Virus record (IMG/VR): IMGVR_UViG_3300031518_000001 | Coordinates: 1-60,585 of that record | DNA from: a virus | Taxonomy: Duplodnaviria > Caudoviricetes | Reading direction: 5' to 3' (one strand) | Length of the DNA stretch: 60,585 nucleotides | Shown here: positions 9,806 to 20,700 of the stretch, piece by piece | How the letters are laid out: every line of letters begins with the position of its first letter | How positions within the stretch are numbered: position 1 is the stretch's first letter | Translations under genes and position numbers: made by a program | Notes under the pieces: model-generated | Told to the model about the DNA's origin: nothing | Database searches by the model: none | The model's input: the letters and a program-made list of their open reading frames with translations, nothing else

Positions 9806-9813
9806 GTATATTT
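9806..9813 (+). promoter_or_regulatory. GTATATTT motif
   Basis: 8 nt upstream of ATG at 9822. Confidence 0.55.
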
Positions 9814-9821
9814 GCTATTGT

Positions 9822-10697
9822 ATGCTACCCAATCGGCTACTTCAAATAAACTACTACAAAATAAGCAGAAGATACTACACCATAAGTCTTCCACAAGATT
9901 CGAAGCTGAATATAGATTATATATGGTTAGACGTAAACTTTGCTAATATTTACGAAAATATTTCCAACGGAGACGGATGGCAAGATGTAAATATGGCTGA
10001 TTTTATAAAAGAAAACGAGGAAAACATAATAATAGAAGTATTTAGTTATATAAACAATATACTTAATTATTTCGATTTGGATAAAGCCAAATGTATAATG
10101 ATTACCTATGATAACATGATTTATAATAGAGTAATAGAAAACTCTAAAAGTGAAGAAGGCATAAGCATCTATGTTTCTACTCATGATTTTGTAGTTATTA
10201 ACAATCACATTTTCCTTATAACAGCTGTCGAGTCTTTAAATAATAAACTGAACTGGCACTATACGAGTCCTAAGGACATGTTATCGTACTATTTCGCACA
10301 AGTTAGTAGCAACATTAGTGTTAACAGACGAGGCGCAATTTTCATACATCCACCAGAATACGATTTTTCGTCTGTCAGCACAGGAGACGCAATCATAATA
10401 AGCGAGCTAACCAAAAAGATAATTGATTTTAAGGACATAAAGAGCATCGCTATCGTATCAACCAGTAATAGAGTGCCAGAAGTTTCTAGAATTATAAATA
10501 ATGATTTACTTGAAAATATAGATAACATAACAATGATATTTAGTGATCAAGAAATATTTGCACAGCATATTATTTATGTTAAAAAAATAATATTTGACAA
10601 TTATAGAGATCGCATAGATAAAATGATAAGCACAGAAAATGATGATAGCATTATTTGGCAAATTCCGATATTATCGCGGCAGAAAATAATAATTTAA
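9822..10697 (+). CDS. Hypothetical protein
   Basis: 291-aa ORF with late motif. Confidence 0.75.
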   Translation: MLPNRLLQINYYKISRRYYTISLPQDSKLNIDYIWLDVNFANIYENISNGDGWQDVNMADFIKENEENIIIEVFSYINNILNYFDLDKAKCIMITYDNMIYNRVIENSKSEEGISIYVSTHDFVVINNHIFLITAVESLNNKLNWHYTSPKDMLSYYFAQVSSNISVNRRGAIFIHPPEYDFSSVSTGDAIIISELTKKIIDFKDIKSIAIVSTSNRVPEVSRIINNDLLENIDNITMIFSDQEIFAQHIIYVKKIIFDNYRDRIDKMISTENDDSIIWQIPILSRQKIII

Positions 10698-10701
10698 TTT
10701 T

Positions 10702-10709
10702 GTATATTT
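10702..10709 (+). promoter_or_regulatory. GTATATTT motif
   Basis: 4 nt upstream of ATG at 10714. Confidence 0.6.
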
Positions 10710-10713
10710 ATGC

Positions 10714-11010
10714 ATGAAACTACCTAGCTTGTTTTTAGTTAACTTTTTTAGACTTTTTAGTGATTCTGCTGCTGGGCAGAAGTCTTTGAATAAGATTTTT
10801 ACGACTTTATTGTTTGCTACGACTATGGGCATAGAGATTTACACACTAATTCGTAGGGATTGTTCGTACGCTTTAGAGTTTGTGATTGCTAATTTTACTT
10901 TTATAGCTGCGTCGCTTGGGATAAGCTTGTTCAGTGGCATGCTCAAGACTAAGCAGCTGAGTATACACGCTCAAAATGGTAACTGTTGTGGTGGCGAGTG
11001 TAAACACTAA
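10714..11010 (+). CDS. Putative holin / small membrane protein
   Basis: 98 aa with two hydrophobic segments; late motif. Confidence 0.45.
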   Translation: MKLPSLFLVNFFRLFSDSAAGQKSLNKIFTTLLFATTMGIEIYTLIRRDCSYALEFVIANFTFIAASLGISLFSGMLKTKQLSIHAQNGNCCGGECKH

Positions 11011-11039
11011 TGCTATTGAGATGAAATATACTGAATAGA

Positions 11040-11408
11040 ATGGCACTTGTTAGCAGTTCTGACTTTTACGAAGCTGTTAGAAATCTTTTTGCCACAACAT
11101 TTTTTGATGAACAGATAAGTTCTGTAAGGTACGAGGAAGTGCCGTATAGTTATCCTGGAGCCATAGCAATACAACGTAAGGACTGGCGTATCGTATTCAA
11201 TCATTTTACGCCCGATATAGACTATAACACATTAATAGTACATAACAATGAACGCGGTCAATACTATGATCACAATCAGGATTATGCAGAACCACTAAGT
11301 AAGACTAGACACAAGCTTTTTTACGACCAACATGTAGCTATTGACAATGGGGATGGGAACACGATAACTATTAAAATTGGAATGAAGTACAAGTATATTT
11401 ATAGTTAG
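11040..11408 (+). CDS. Hypothetical protein
   Basis: Co-oriented ORF. Confidence 0.7.
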   Translation: MALVSSSDFYEAVRNLFATTFFDEQISSVRYEEVPYSYPGAIAIQRKDWRIVFNHFTPDIDYNTLIVHNNERGQYYDHNQDYAEPLSKTRHKLFYDQHVAIDNGDGNTITIKIGMKYKYIYS

Positions 11409-11434
11409 CTGCTTCGACGTTTGTTTTACTGATA

Positions 11435-11779
11435 ATGCCAAAGTATTATCAGCTAATACCGGCAATGATTCGTTTGGCGAAGTTAGCGTTGTCTCATGCC
11501 AGTCAGGACAAAAGACCAAACATATCGGGTAACTTTTTGACCATTCGTGCTGAACAAAGCCCCGACGAGCTACTTATACATATTTACAACAGCTACGACT
11601 ATAAAGACATCTTGAAAAGCTATGGTTTTATTTTCAATGGACGAGCTTGGGTGGGTACACCAGAAATGCTATCCAGCATACCACCAAATATTCTAGAACG
11701 CATGTTCCTTTCAACCCCTAAGGACGACCTCATCCAACTAGCAGAACATATCGTACAATACGTGCAACTAGTGCGATAG
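11435..11779 (+). CDS. Hypothetical protein with small S-Y-x-x-K-D-x-L-K-x-x-G-F..W domain
   Basis: YNSYDYKDILKSYGFIFNGRAW; TTCGAC upstream. Confidence 0.7.
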   Translation: MPKYYQLIPAMIRLAKLALSHASQDKRPNISGNFLTIRAEQSPDELLIHIYNSYDYKDILKSYGFIFNGRAWVGTPEMLSSIPPNILERMFLSTPKDDLIQLAEHIVQYVQLVR

Positions 11780-11803
11780 AAGGTTTCGACAAGCTATCTA
11801 CTC

Positions 11804-12700
11804 ATGTATATCATAGAGAAGGTTTACGACCCAAATGGGAAGACACTGCACATAGATCCCCACGACCTGATTAGCTTACTTACTATCCTAAACTCAAACG
11901 AAGACATAGAAATCGGCATAAAAGCATGGCTTTTCAACGAACCTAAATACTATACTACAAAAGTAGATAGACACCTTCTAGAAGTAGCAATCAATAAGGT
12001 ATTAGATAATCTAAACTTACAATTAGAAATGGCTATATACGAAAGAAATCAATATCAAAAAATGCTAAATGTTAGTGGTTACTCGCATATAGAAAAGATT
12101 GTTATAACTGCTCAAACACAAAATAACCTATATGTGATAGACAATGGAGTACCTGGTGTCTTAACAGTTTTCGCAAAATATTATATACACAAAAGCTCTT
12201 ACGATAGTATAGACGAGCTTCGTAACTTAGCAAAGGTGATAGGCTGGGCAAGCGGGATGCATACAGTACTCGCAGCCATACTAATAGACACAATAACAGT
12301 AGAACGAATACCCTCAACAGCGAACGACTCAGAAATTCTAGAAATACTACAACCCCTACTAGACACCATAGAAAACATAGCACAAATAGGTAAAGACGAC
12401 AAAATAAACCAATTGAGCACAGCCTTTAGAGATATAGAAGCCTTATATCAAGATTACAACGAGATAATTCAAAAACATAAGGAATTTGAGAACAAGCTTT
12501 CGCAGTTAAAACAATACGTTACAGGTTTAGCCACATCCCTGGGTATAGATAAGTTTGATTACGTGGGCAGTACACAAAAAGTCAAAATGTATAGTGTTAG
12601 TCAAAAGTATTTTGATGATAAAGCACTTGCAAAAGAAATGCCTGAGGTCTATAGCAAATACCTGAAAGAAAGAAGCTATAAGGTGCTAAAAGTTTTCTAG
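11804..12700 (+). CDS. Hypothetical protein, coiled coil plus YqaJ-like C-terminal tail
   Basis: C-terminus FDDKALAKEMPEVYSKYLKERSYKVLKV; no nuclease motif seen; TTTCGAC-N13-ATG. Confidence 0.6.
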   Translation: MYIIEKVYDPNGKTLHIDPHDLISLLTILNSNEDIEIGIKAWLFNEPKYYTTKVDRHLLEVAINKVLDNLNLQLEMAIYERNQYQKMLNVSGYSHIEKIVITAQTQNNLYVIDNGVPGVLTVFAKYYIHKSSYDSIDELRNLAKVIGWASGMHTVLAAILIDTITVERIPSTANDSEILEILQPLLDTIENIAQIGKDDKINQLSTAFRDIEALYQDYNEIIQKHKEFENKLSQLKQYVTGLATSLGIDKFDYVGSTQKVKMYSVSQKYFDDKALAKEMPEVYSKYLKERSYKVLKVF

Positions 12701-12715
12701 AAACAACACTCTTAT

Positions 12716-13729
12716 TTGGTACATTTATTCGTGCTCGAACTGCCACCTATACTTTTGGGTACGTTCTGCCCTGCAGGTGTTTGTGGTTATCCGTCAGGAC
12801 AAGATTTTGTTATTTCCACTAAACCAGAAGAACTAACTAACTACCTACCATCGAACTGGCATAATAATATATTCTATCGCACATTGCATTACATAAATAG
12901 AGGAGTTCATATAATACTCTATAAAGACGAAACAGTATTGTTAAATCCTAGCATGCCTAAACCGCTAATTTTTCTTGTAAACACCGAGACCCCAGCCATA
13001 TCACAACTTAACATTCTACTATCTCAGCTCTATCTTATAGATGCTTTTCTATTTTTCAATACTAATCATCTTACATATGTTGCTATCAACCTTTACTCAC
13101 CGTCCGATCCGATGTTAAGGAAGTTTGCTTGCATGTTTTATGGAAACATGTATATGCCAGCCATTGATAATACTATATGGAATGTGGGTGATTACATTAT
13201 GAGTTTAGCTAGACTACATAACGAACTTATGTACTTTTGTCCTTTGAACGACAGGGTGAGAGGGAATGTGGTCGGCCATTATTCTAATGCTATCCTAAAT
13301 CAGATGAGAAACAATCACTTTAATGTACCTTTTCGTAATAGGCTCATAGGGCCTATGCTTCTATCCGGGGATCTGTTTGCTATTGTGTACGCTCATATTA
13401 TAATCAAAAGAGTAACAAAAGGTCTCTTAAAACGATACTTGTTCAGAGAAAATAACGAGGATTTGTGGGTAGAAGTGGAGACTGATTTAAAAAATATGTT
13501 GAACATGTTAGAAGCCGTTCCATGTGGGCCTGTGATTATAAATGTTTTAGTTAACGACCCAAGGCTGAATCGTCGCAATTCCCGTATCCTGAATGTAGAA
13601 ATACAATACTCTAACGCTGGTACTTTTTCGTCTTTCGCCTCTGGCCCTCACGCAGGCCCAGGTGGCCTCGCAATACCACCCATCGGCGGATACATGGGAA
13701 CCATAAACGTACAAGTCAGTATGCCCTAA
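12716..13729 (+). CDS. Tail-sheath-like protein (short, divergent)
   Basis: IKRVTKGLLKRYLFRENNEDLWVEVETDLKNML resembles the sheath C-terminal motif; start codon uncertain. Confidence 0.55.
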   Translation: MVHLFVLELPPILLGTFCPAGVCGYPSGQDFVISTKPEELTNYLPSNWHNNIFYRTLHYINRGVHIILYKDETVLLNPSMPKPLIFLVNTETPAISQLNILLSQLYLIDAFLFFNTNHLTYVAINLYSPSDPMLRKFACMFYGNMYMPAIDNTIWNVGDYIMSLARLHNELMYFCPLNDRVRGNVVGHYSNAILNQMRNNHFNVPFRNRLIGPMLLSGDLFAIVYAHIIIKRVTKGLLKRYLFRENNEDLWVEVETDLKNMLNMLEAVPCGPVIINVLVNDPRLNRRNSRILNVEIQYSNAGTFSSFASGPHAGPGGLAIPPIGGYMGTINVQVSMP

Positions 13730-15306
13730 ATGATGTGTTGATAATAATAATAGTACCTTAAATAATCATCAAGTCTTGGTGTATTTGACGTATTAGATAC
13801 CAGTCGTTTAGTACGCAGAATCTTGTACCAGCTAAATAGGTAATACTTACTCTCTCGATTTGGCTGATGCCTACCCCAGCCTAATAAACCACCACCACAA
13901 AAGAAACTCATCGGCGTATCCCAACGCATGACATTCATATATATGTCTATTTGTTTATCCAAAGTAACAGCGTTACTACCATCCCTTTTGAACATCACCA
14001 GCTTGCAACTCCACCCCGATGGATTATTTAAAATCGCAGGATACTCTACATTATTGCGTTGATAATTCTGAATCAATATCCGCATGTCATCATTGTCCAA
14101 TAACCTGCTCCATTGGCTTTCTATATAAAAAAGCATATTGTAATCTATAGGTAAAAGTATATTTCTTGTAACAGTGCTCATATTTATAAGATTTCCCCCG
14201 CCACGAATATTACTTAGTACTTTTGAAGACTCTAGTCCAGCGACAGATATGTAGGATCTGTTTAGGTAACTATATAATAGCTCTACTTTTGTAGGCTGGC
14301 CTATTCGTGCTATCGTAATATAGTACATGTAAGGCGTTAATGGTTTATAGATCTTATCTTCATACCTGATTTGGCTTACGTTAGCTGTGTGGAATAGTGA
14401 GGTTACATACGGGAAGTTCTTGGGTTGGTTGTTATACACCACTATCTCGCCGTTCCTATTGATGCTTAGAGGGTACATGTTATGAACGATCGTGAACGGG
14501 ATTGAAGTCGCTTCGTAATTTTCTACCGCAGGCTCCAACAACCCCATATCGTTGGTTATGGTTACATTAGGATCGCTGACGTCCGCATACACCTTCTCAA
14601 AGAAGTACATGTCCCTATCCGTCCATCCGCTAATCTTAACATCGGGTAACTTAACAGTTGCATACTCTGATGTTACATCATCTTTGTAGTTAATCACAAA
14701 GTACCTATCCTGAACCGCTAAATATGGTACGAAATTGCAGTTACTTACAACGTCAGAAATAGAGTTTGTATATCTTACACTGGCGTTGCTTACACGGTCA
14801 TGATAATTGTGTATCAGCCTATTCTTGTCGTGAGAACCTAACTTCGTCGGTCGCTTGGCATAATCTATGCTGTCTTCTGGATTATAGTTACTTATAATAA
14901 TATCATCAAAATCTTGTGTAATAACATTGTCTATAACAATAAAAGTGATAACTAAGCAATAGTTTTGTGCAATACTAAAGTTGTCATCTATTCTAATACT
15001 AACTATTGTGTTGCCTATAGAAGATATAAAGTTCAAAGTAACTGAATTTATGTCGGTAGTGCTTATATTATGATCACGGCATACTATTTGATTATCCTCT
15101 ATAATGCAGGTTCTAAATATGTATGTAGTGCGGTTTGGCTGAGAAGGGTCAGTGGATATCGTTAATGTATAACCTACGGAACAACCTACAGTACTACCGC
15201 TTGCATTGTTGTTGCCATTGTTATTATTTATACTGTACTCAATATCCAATCTACTTATACCTAGGATTATATCTCTCGGTGTTATGACTTGATATGTATA
15301 ATTCAT
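13726..15306 (-). CDS. Hypothetical, probably virion protein
   Basis: 526-aa N/I/Y-rich ORF directly downstream of the lysin. Confidence 0.7.
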   Translation of the reverse strand: MNYTYQVITPRDIILGISRLDIEYSINNNNGNNNASGSTVGCSVGYTLTISTDPSQPNRTTYIFRTCIIEDNQIVCRDHNISTTDINSVTLNFISSIGNTIVSIRIDDNFSIAQNYCLVITFIVIDNVITQDFDDIIISNYNPEDSIDYAKRPTKLGSHDKNRLIHNYHDRVSNASVRYTNSISDVVSNCNFVPYLAVQDRYFVINYKDDVTSEYATVKLPDVKISGWTDRDMYFFEKVYADVSDPNVTITNDMGLLEPAVENYEATSIPFTIVHNMYPLSINRNGEIVVYNNQPKNFPYVTSLFHTANVSQIRYEDKIYKPLTPYMYYITIARIGQPTKVELLYSYLNRSYISVAGLESSKVLSNIRGGGNLINMSTVTRNILLPIDYNMLFYIESQWSRLLDNDDMRILIQNYQRNNVEYPAILNNPSGWSCKLVMFKRDGSNAVTLDKQIDIYMNVMRWDTPMSFFCGGGLLGWGRHQPNRESKYYLFSWYKILRTKRLVSNTSNTPRLDDYLRYYYYYQHII

Positions 15307-15311
15307 CTATA

Positions 15312-15836
15312 TCATTTCTTTTGTTTAGTCATTAAACGATCGAATACTTCTATTGTTCTTCTTATCCAACCCAAAAAAAATACTTGAAATCGGGAATTTT
15401 GCATAGTTATTGTAGTGTAATAACCGACACGCTCTTTAAGTAGTTCGTACATTAGTTTTTGCGGGTCTTGTTTTTGTATGGCTCCTATAGTTACTGGTCC
15501 TAAGACACCATCTGCTTTGATATTTAGTGCTCTTTGTACTGTGATGACAGCTCGTGAGATGCCTGCATTTACACCGAAGTCAAATAGGTATTCCCCAACA
15601 GGATAAGGCATCTCGTCAGACCTGAGCCGAAGCCAGTAGTTATTGTAATAAAACTCTTGCACTAGCTGCTCAGGCACAGGTTTCTTTTGATCTATCAGCT
15701 GCCATCCTTTCCAGTTAGGATGCGCCCGTCTAGAAATACCCTTGTACGTCTCCCCACCAGGATCATTAGGATGATTCACATATCCACCTTCGTATTCCAT
15801 AACTATCCTATAAATATCTAAAAAACGATTGTTCAT
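15312..15836 (-). CDS. Endolysin, glycoside hydrolase family 108 with peptidoglycan-binding domain
   Basis: EGGYVNHPNDPGGETYKGI, FDFGVNAG, ADGVLGPVT, GWIRR. Confidence 0.95.
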   Translation of the reverse strand: MNNRFLDIYRIVMEYEGGYVNHPNDPGGETYKGISRRAHPNWKGWQLIDQKKPVPEQLVQEFYYNNYWLRLRSDEMPYPVGEYLFDFGVNAGISRAVITVQRALNIKADGVLGPVTIGAIQKQDPQKLMYELLKERVGYYTTITMQNSRFQVFFLGWIRRTIEVFDRLMTKQKK

Positions 15837-15840
15837 GAGA

Positions 15841-15848
15841 AAATATAC
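15841..15848 (-). promoter_or_regulatory. GTATATTT motif
   Basis: 4 nt upstream of the lysin ATG. Confidence 0.6.
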
Positions 15849-15934
15849 AAAATAGAAAAATATTTTTAAATACCTATAGTGGTAGTAATTTCAGTAGCCA
15901 CTTTTTATGACATAAGCAGTAATCGTAAAAATAT

Positions 15935-16153
15935 TTAGCTTAGGTGCTTCACACCTTCTTCACTAAGTATAATCCTTTCTTTTCCTTCTGCTCTTAGTTG
16001 TTGTCTAACTAGTTGTTCGTACTTGTGATTGTACAGTATTATCATCTCCGGTAGTGTCAGAGGCATAGGATCTATACTCGGTATTGTTTCCGACCAACTC
16101 ATGAGAAACTGCATTAAATTCTCTGTTGTCAATGAAGACAAGAAAAAAGTCAC
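15935..16153 (-). CDS. Possible frameshift extension of the tail/baseplate assembly chaperone (gpGT/gp51-like)
   Basis: Overlaps the upstream ORF in the +1 frame and opens at a T6 run. Confidence 0.45.
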   Translation of the reverse strand: MTFFLSSLTTENLMQFLMSWSETIPSIDPMPLTLPEMIILYNHKYEQLVRQQLRAEGKERIILSEEGVKHLS

Positions 16154-16880
16154 GTTCTAATATGTATTGTATGGGTATTTCCCTAATGGTACCACATTGT
16201 GGATTCTCGCAGGTGTGCGAAATTGGTACTATGGGATGCGTAATATAGTAATAATAATCTAATAGTTGATAAGCCGTGTCATGCGTAGCTTCCTTTATAA
16301 ATTGTTCTGCTGCTATTGGATTTTGATCGTAGAGTTCTATAGACATCATGAGTACAGCTACATCAAAGGGTAGTATGGATGTTCTCGCGCGACCTATGTA
16401 ATCTGAGATTTTCTTTTCCATTTCTGCTCCCCTTCTAAACCATCCTTTGAGTTGACCATTAGGTGTGTCTATGATAAACCCTGGCCCACCATATGGTTTA
16501 AAGGCAATATCTTCTAATCCGATTCTGATTTTATTATTATGGCGGCAGTTATTGCATATATAGCTTATATTTATCCCAAAGTCGGCGCTGACAGAAAGCG
16601 CCCACATAAGATAGTTAACATACAACAAGTCTGGCCATAGTAACTGACCACTTTGAGGCACCTTTCGCCTCATCAGCTGCATATTATACATGAAAAACTC
16701 ATAATCAGCTATAATACCACTACTACTAGGTCTATTCCTAACATAATCTATAATATCTACAAACGTAAGTGGGTAAACATCTACAAATCCGAAGTCGTAC
16801 AGCTGGCTACTTGACGGCGCCCCACCTAGTGGTAACGAGCTTACAGCAATCTTTCTTCCTGTTCCTTCCATCCGTGTCAC
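16005..16880 (-). CDS. Baseplate hub/tail assembly chaperone (T4 gp26-like, Cys pairs)
   Basis: LPLGG, CNNC and CENPQC motifs, followed by DFF. Confidence 0.55.
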   Translation of the reverse strand: MTRMEGTGRKIAVSSLPLGGAPSSSQLYDFGFVDVYPLTFVDIIDYVRNRPSSSGIIADYEFFMYNMQLMRRKVPQSGQLLWPDLLYVNYLMWALSVSADFGINISYICNNCRHNNKIRIGLEDIAFKPYGGPGFIIDTPNGQLKGWFRRGAEMEKKISDYIGRARTSILPFDVAVLMMSIELYDQNPIAAEQFIKEATHDTAYQLLDYYYYITHPIVPISHTCENPQCGTIREIPIQYILERDFFLVFIDNREFNAVSHELVGNNTEYRSYASDTTGDDNTVQSQVRTTS

Positions 16881-16993
16881 AACAAAAACAAATATCGAAA
16901 ATAAAATAATAATTCGTAATTAAGTATTGTTATGTGATTTCGAAAATATAAGAGACATAGGCATAGTTTAGATACTCTAGGGGTAGCATTTTT

Positions 16994-17008
16994 CCTTGCG
17001 TTTTTGTC
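16994..17008 (+). promoter_or_regulatory. CCTTGCG-N2-TTTGTC-N12-ATG motif
   Basis: Recurrent motif with fixed spacing. Confidence 0.6.
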
Positions 17009-17020
17009 GTAATGATTGAT

Positions 17021-17617
17021 ATGACGACGCAAGCGCAAGTCAGCGGAACCGAACTCAAAGTTCGGATTGAGAAGGCCCTCACAGAAAAAGGCCTGAAGAA
17101 ACTGATTACGAATCTGGAAAAGGAGCTGAACGGGGAGCACAGCTTCCTCCCTCAAGACGTGGAAACACAGATTCGTAGGGAGATTTCGAGTGCTGGTGTA
17201 GCGGTCTCACAGCATGGCGGCTGGTACCGGTGCATCGCAGCGTACCTGCTTCTCCCTAAGCTAGACGAGCTTCTGGCCGTCAAAAGTACGAGTGAGGAGA
17301 AGAATGTAGCTCCCATTGTGCAAAAGCTCCGTAACGAGGCCCTTCGGGAATCCCTCAACGCTTTTGGGCTGGATGTACCCGCTCGGTACGCTCGGACATC
17401 CAGCAGTACTGGTCAGACACGGGTGCGTATCCCACGGGAGCAGAAGCAGCAGCTTGTAGAAAACTTTCTGGACGCTCTCCCTACTTTTGAGGCGCTGCAA
17501 GACTTGCTGGACACCCTCCCAAAGAACACCAACCTGATGGTCAAGCAGATTCGCACCTTAGTCAAGCGGTATCTCAGCATCGCTAACCGCCTCCAAGCGA
17601 AAGTCGCGCACGAGTAA
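17021..17617 (+). CDS. 198-aa hypothetical protein, copy 2 of 3
   Basis: Paralog of 3700-4296 and 26742-27338. Confidence 0.9.
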   Translation: MTTQAQVSGTELKVRIEKALTEKGLKKLITNLEKELNGEHSFLPQDVETQIRREISSAGVAVSQHGGWYRCIAAYLLLPKLDELLAVKSTSEEKNVAPIVQKLRNEALRESLNAFGLDVPARYARTSSSTGQTRVRIPREQKQQLVENFLDALPTFEALQDLLDTLPKNTNLMVKQIRTLVKRYLSIANRLQAKVAHE

Positions 17618-17642
17618 CCGCTCACCCGCCAGACAGTAGGAA

Positions 17643-17676
17643 GCCCTGCCTACTACGGGCAGGGCACTTTTGTTTT
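17643..17676 (+). terminator. Intrinsic terminator after copy 2
   Basis: GCCCTGCC-loop-GGCAGGGC plus TTTTGTTTT. Confidence 0.85.
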
Positions 17677-17739
17677 GACTCAAATCACGCAAGGCAAGAG
17701 TGCAGTAGTCTACCCTACATCCAGACGGGTGTTTTTCTT

Positions 17740-17756
17740 TACCTTGCGACTTCGAC
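17740..17756 (+). promoter_or_regulatory. TACCTTGCG-N2-TTCGAC-N12-ATG motif
   Basis: Same motif and spacing as at the 198-aa genes. Confidence 0.6.
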
Positions 17757-17768
17757 GGAATAAGCACT

Positions 17769-20700
17769 ATGACCACGCAGCACACGTTAGGTAAAGAGTT
17801 AGAAGAAGCTACCGCGCACTACCTCAGTGCAGTTTGGGGAGCCGATGTGATTGATTGGTATACCTACGCAAAGCAAAACGGACTAAGTGGTCAGGACGTA
17901 GGTATTGACCTCGTGGCTTACAAGAAAGGCGAAACCTACGCTGTACAATGCAAAAACTGGGGAAGGACAGTGGGCATTAACGACCTCCTAAGCTTCCTGC
18001 ACAAAGCAAAAAAGGAGGGCTTCCAAAAGGTTATCGTAGTAGCTGATAAGATAAGCTCGCGAGTAGAAGAAGAAATCAAAGATTTCGGACTAGATGTAAT
18101 CTTCATAAAGGCTGCTGATGTCAAGCAGTATGCTAATGGGCATGGTGAGCCGACTATTGTAAAGCAAAAGCTTTCACCCCTACCGCATCAGCAGCGAGCT
18201 ATTGAAGCGGTTCTGAAAGGGTTTGAGAAGTACGATCGTGGCAAACTCATCATGCCACCTGGTACAGGGAAAACCTACACCTCCATCAAGATTGCAGAAG
18301 AACTAGTCGGAGATAAGGGATGGGTGCTCTTTTTAGCACCGTCTATTGCGCTTCTTGACCAGACGATTAGGGAGTACCATCTGAAAAGTGCGTATCAAGT
18401 CAATGCCTATGCTGTTGTGTCGGATAATAAAGTAGGGAGAGTGAACGGAAAGAAGAAAACCGAAATAGACGACGATGAAAACAATGTCGTTGATACTACG
18501 AACTGGCATAAACTTTCTCTCCTCAGTTACCCTGCTACCACAACAGCTCATGACCTAATCAAAAATCTCAGGTTTGAACCGAATAAGCTGAATATTATTT
18601 TTTCTACTTACCAGTCTTTGGATGTCTTGATTGAAGCTCATGATTTAGGGCTTCCAGAGTTTGAGCTTGTTATTTGCGATGAAGCGCACAGGACGGCGGG
18701 TGTACGACGCAAAGGTGCAGAGGAAAGCGTATTCAAAAAGATTCATTACAACGAGCACATCAAAGCTAAGAAGCGCCTCTACATGACCGCTACTCCGAAA
18801 ATAGTGGAAGTGAAAGATAGTGATGAAGCAGACCAAATAGCCGCCCTGTACAACATGAACGACCCAGAACTGTTCGGCCCTACCTTCTTTGAATACACTT
18901 TCGTACAAGCTACCAACGATGGTGTGATACTGCCGTACACGTTGCTGCTATTATTCGTAGACAAACGTAAAAAGAAGATTATCCAAAAGGAGTTCAAAGA
19001 ATACCTTGAACAACAAGGCGCTTTGAATGTAGATTACACTACTAAAATCAAAGCGATAGAAGACTTTATCTTAGGTAATGCTGTAGATGAGAGAGACCGC
19101 CCCATACGGGTAAAACCTAAGTCTGGTATTATATTCACTAATCGTGTCAAACGTGCTAAGGAAATCAGTCAGGAGTATAAAAACGTAGTTAGTATTTCGT
19201 CAAACATCAGCATTGACTACATAGAGGGTTTGATGAGTGCTTACGATAAGGCTCGGCTCATCAAGTGGCTCGGCGAAGGTAAAGAAGATGATGTACATAT
19301 CTTAGCTAATGCTAAGGTGCTTACGGAGGGGATTGATGTTCCTGCGCTCAGTTTCATCACCTTCTTTGACCCAAAGTCAAGCGTCGTTGACGTCGTACAA
19401 GCCGTCGGTCGGGCAGTACGAAAAGCACCTGGTAAGAAACGCGGATACGTGATACTCCCCATTTTGGTCAATGACGACTCCGAGGAGACAAAAGAGAAGA
19501 TTGATAAAAGCACTTTCAAAGTTATTTGGCAGGTGATTAGCGCTCTCCAGTCTATGGATGAGACCTTAGTGGCCAAGATGCGAGCATTGTTCATAGACCC
19601 AAAGAAAGAAAAGACAGAAGAAACATTTGAGCCATTGAAGGAAGGCAAAACGGAAGAAGTGGAGGATAGTAAGGAGAATGAAATCAAGTTAGGAATACTG
19701 GGTGGTCGTAGCCCTGAACTGATAGAGCTACGTAACTTCATCGTCCCCAAGATTGTCAAAATCTTCCGTTTAGCTCACGAGTTTATAGCAGACTGGACAT
19801 CCGAAGCGACAAAACTCGCAAAGGAAGTCAAAAGCTTACTAGAAGAAGAAATACAAAACCCACAATCGCACATAAAAGCAAAAGTAGAAGAGCTGCGAGA
19901 AAGGTTAAAAGCGATGTATGGGTACGAAGAATTCACGATAGAAGACAAAAAACTCATAGCTATCATAACTCAATACATCATAGCTAAACCTATTCTGGAT
20001 GCCCTATTCTTTGATAAGAAATCAGAAGTAGAGAAAGTACTTGATAAATTGTTTGAAGAATTCAAGCACTTTGTAGAGAATAATAGTGAGCGTCTACAAT
20101 ACTTTTACCAAAAAGCTACAAACAAGGCAAAAGCGATAGTCAATAACGACGAGCGGCAAGAATTCATCAGACTACTCTTCACCAACTTCTTCAACAACGT
20201 CTTCAAAGAGGTCGCTAAGGAATCTGGAATTGCTTACACACCTATTGAAGTAGTGAATTTTGCGGTCTTCATGACTAATGAGCTGGCTAAGAAGCATTTA
20301 GATAAGACATTAGGAGATGAGGATGTTCATGTTGTAGACCCATTTGCAGGTACTGGCTCCTTCATTGCCTCGGTTATGAACATGATAACACCCGAAGAAG
20401 CGAAAGCAAAGGTAGAACGTGGTGAGATTCGCGGCGCCGACCTTGAGTTGCTTCCTTACCTCATTTTGCTCAAAAACATTCAGGATACCTTAGAGCGGAA
20501 AATGGACGAGCCGCCTCTCTTTGACGATGCATTGTGGACTGACAGCCTCTACTTCCTCTCAGAAGAAAAAGCAGGATTGCTAGATACAAATCCCCTTAAA
20601 GAACACGCTAAAAAACATAAGCAAAAACCTATTCACATCGTTGTTACTAACCCTCCGTGGAGAGCACAAAGAAAAGATAAAAGTAGTGAAAGCGGAATAA

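Noticed and set aside
11393-11400. GTATATTT at the end of 11040-11408
   Set aside because: 34 nt from the next start and inside coding sequence; may be chance.
12102-12383. Hydrophobic minus-strand ORF resembling a membrane protein
   Set aside because: Artefact of the A/C-rich patch on the coding plus strand of 11804-12700.
11804-12700. YqaJ/lambda-exonuclease call
   Set aside because: Only the C-terminal tail resembles the family; no catalytic PD-(D/E)xK motif found.
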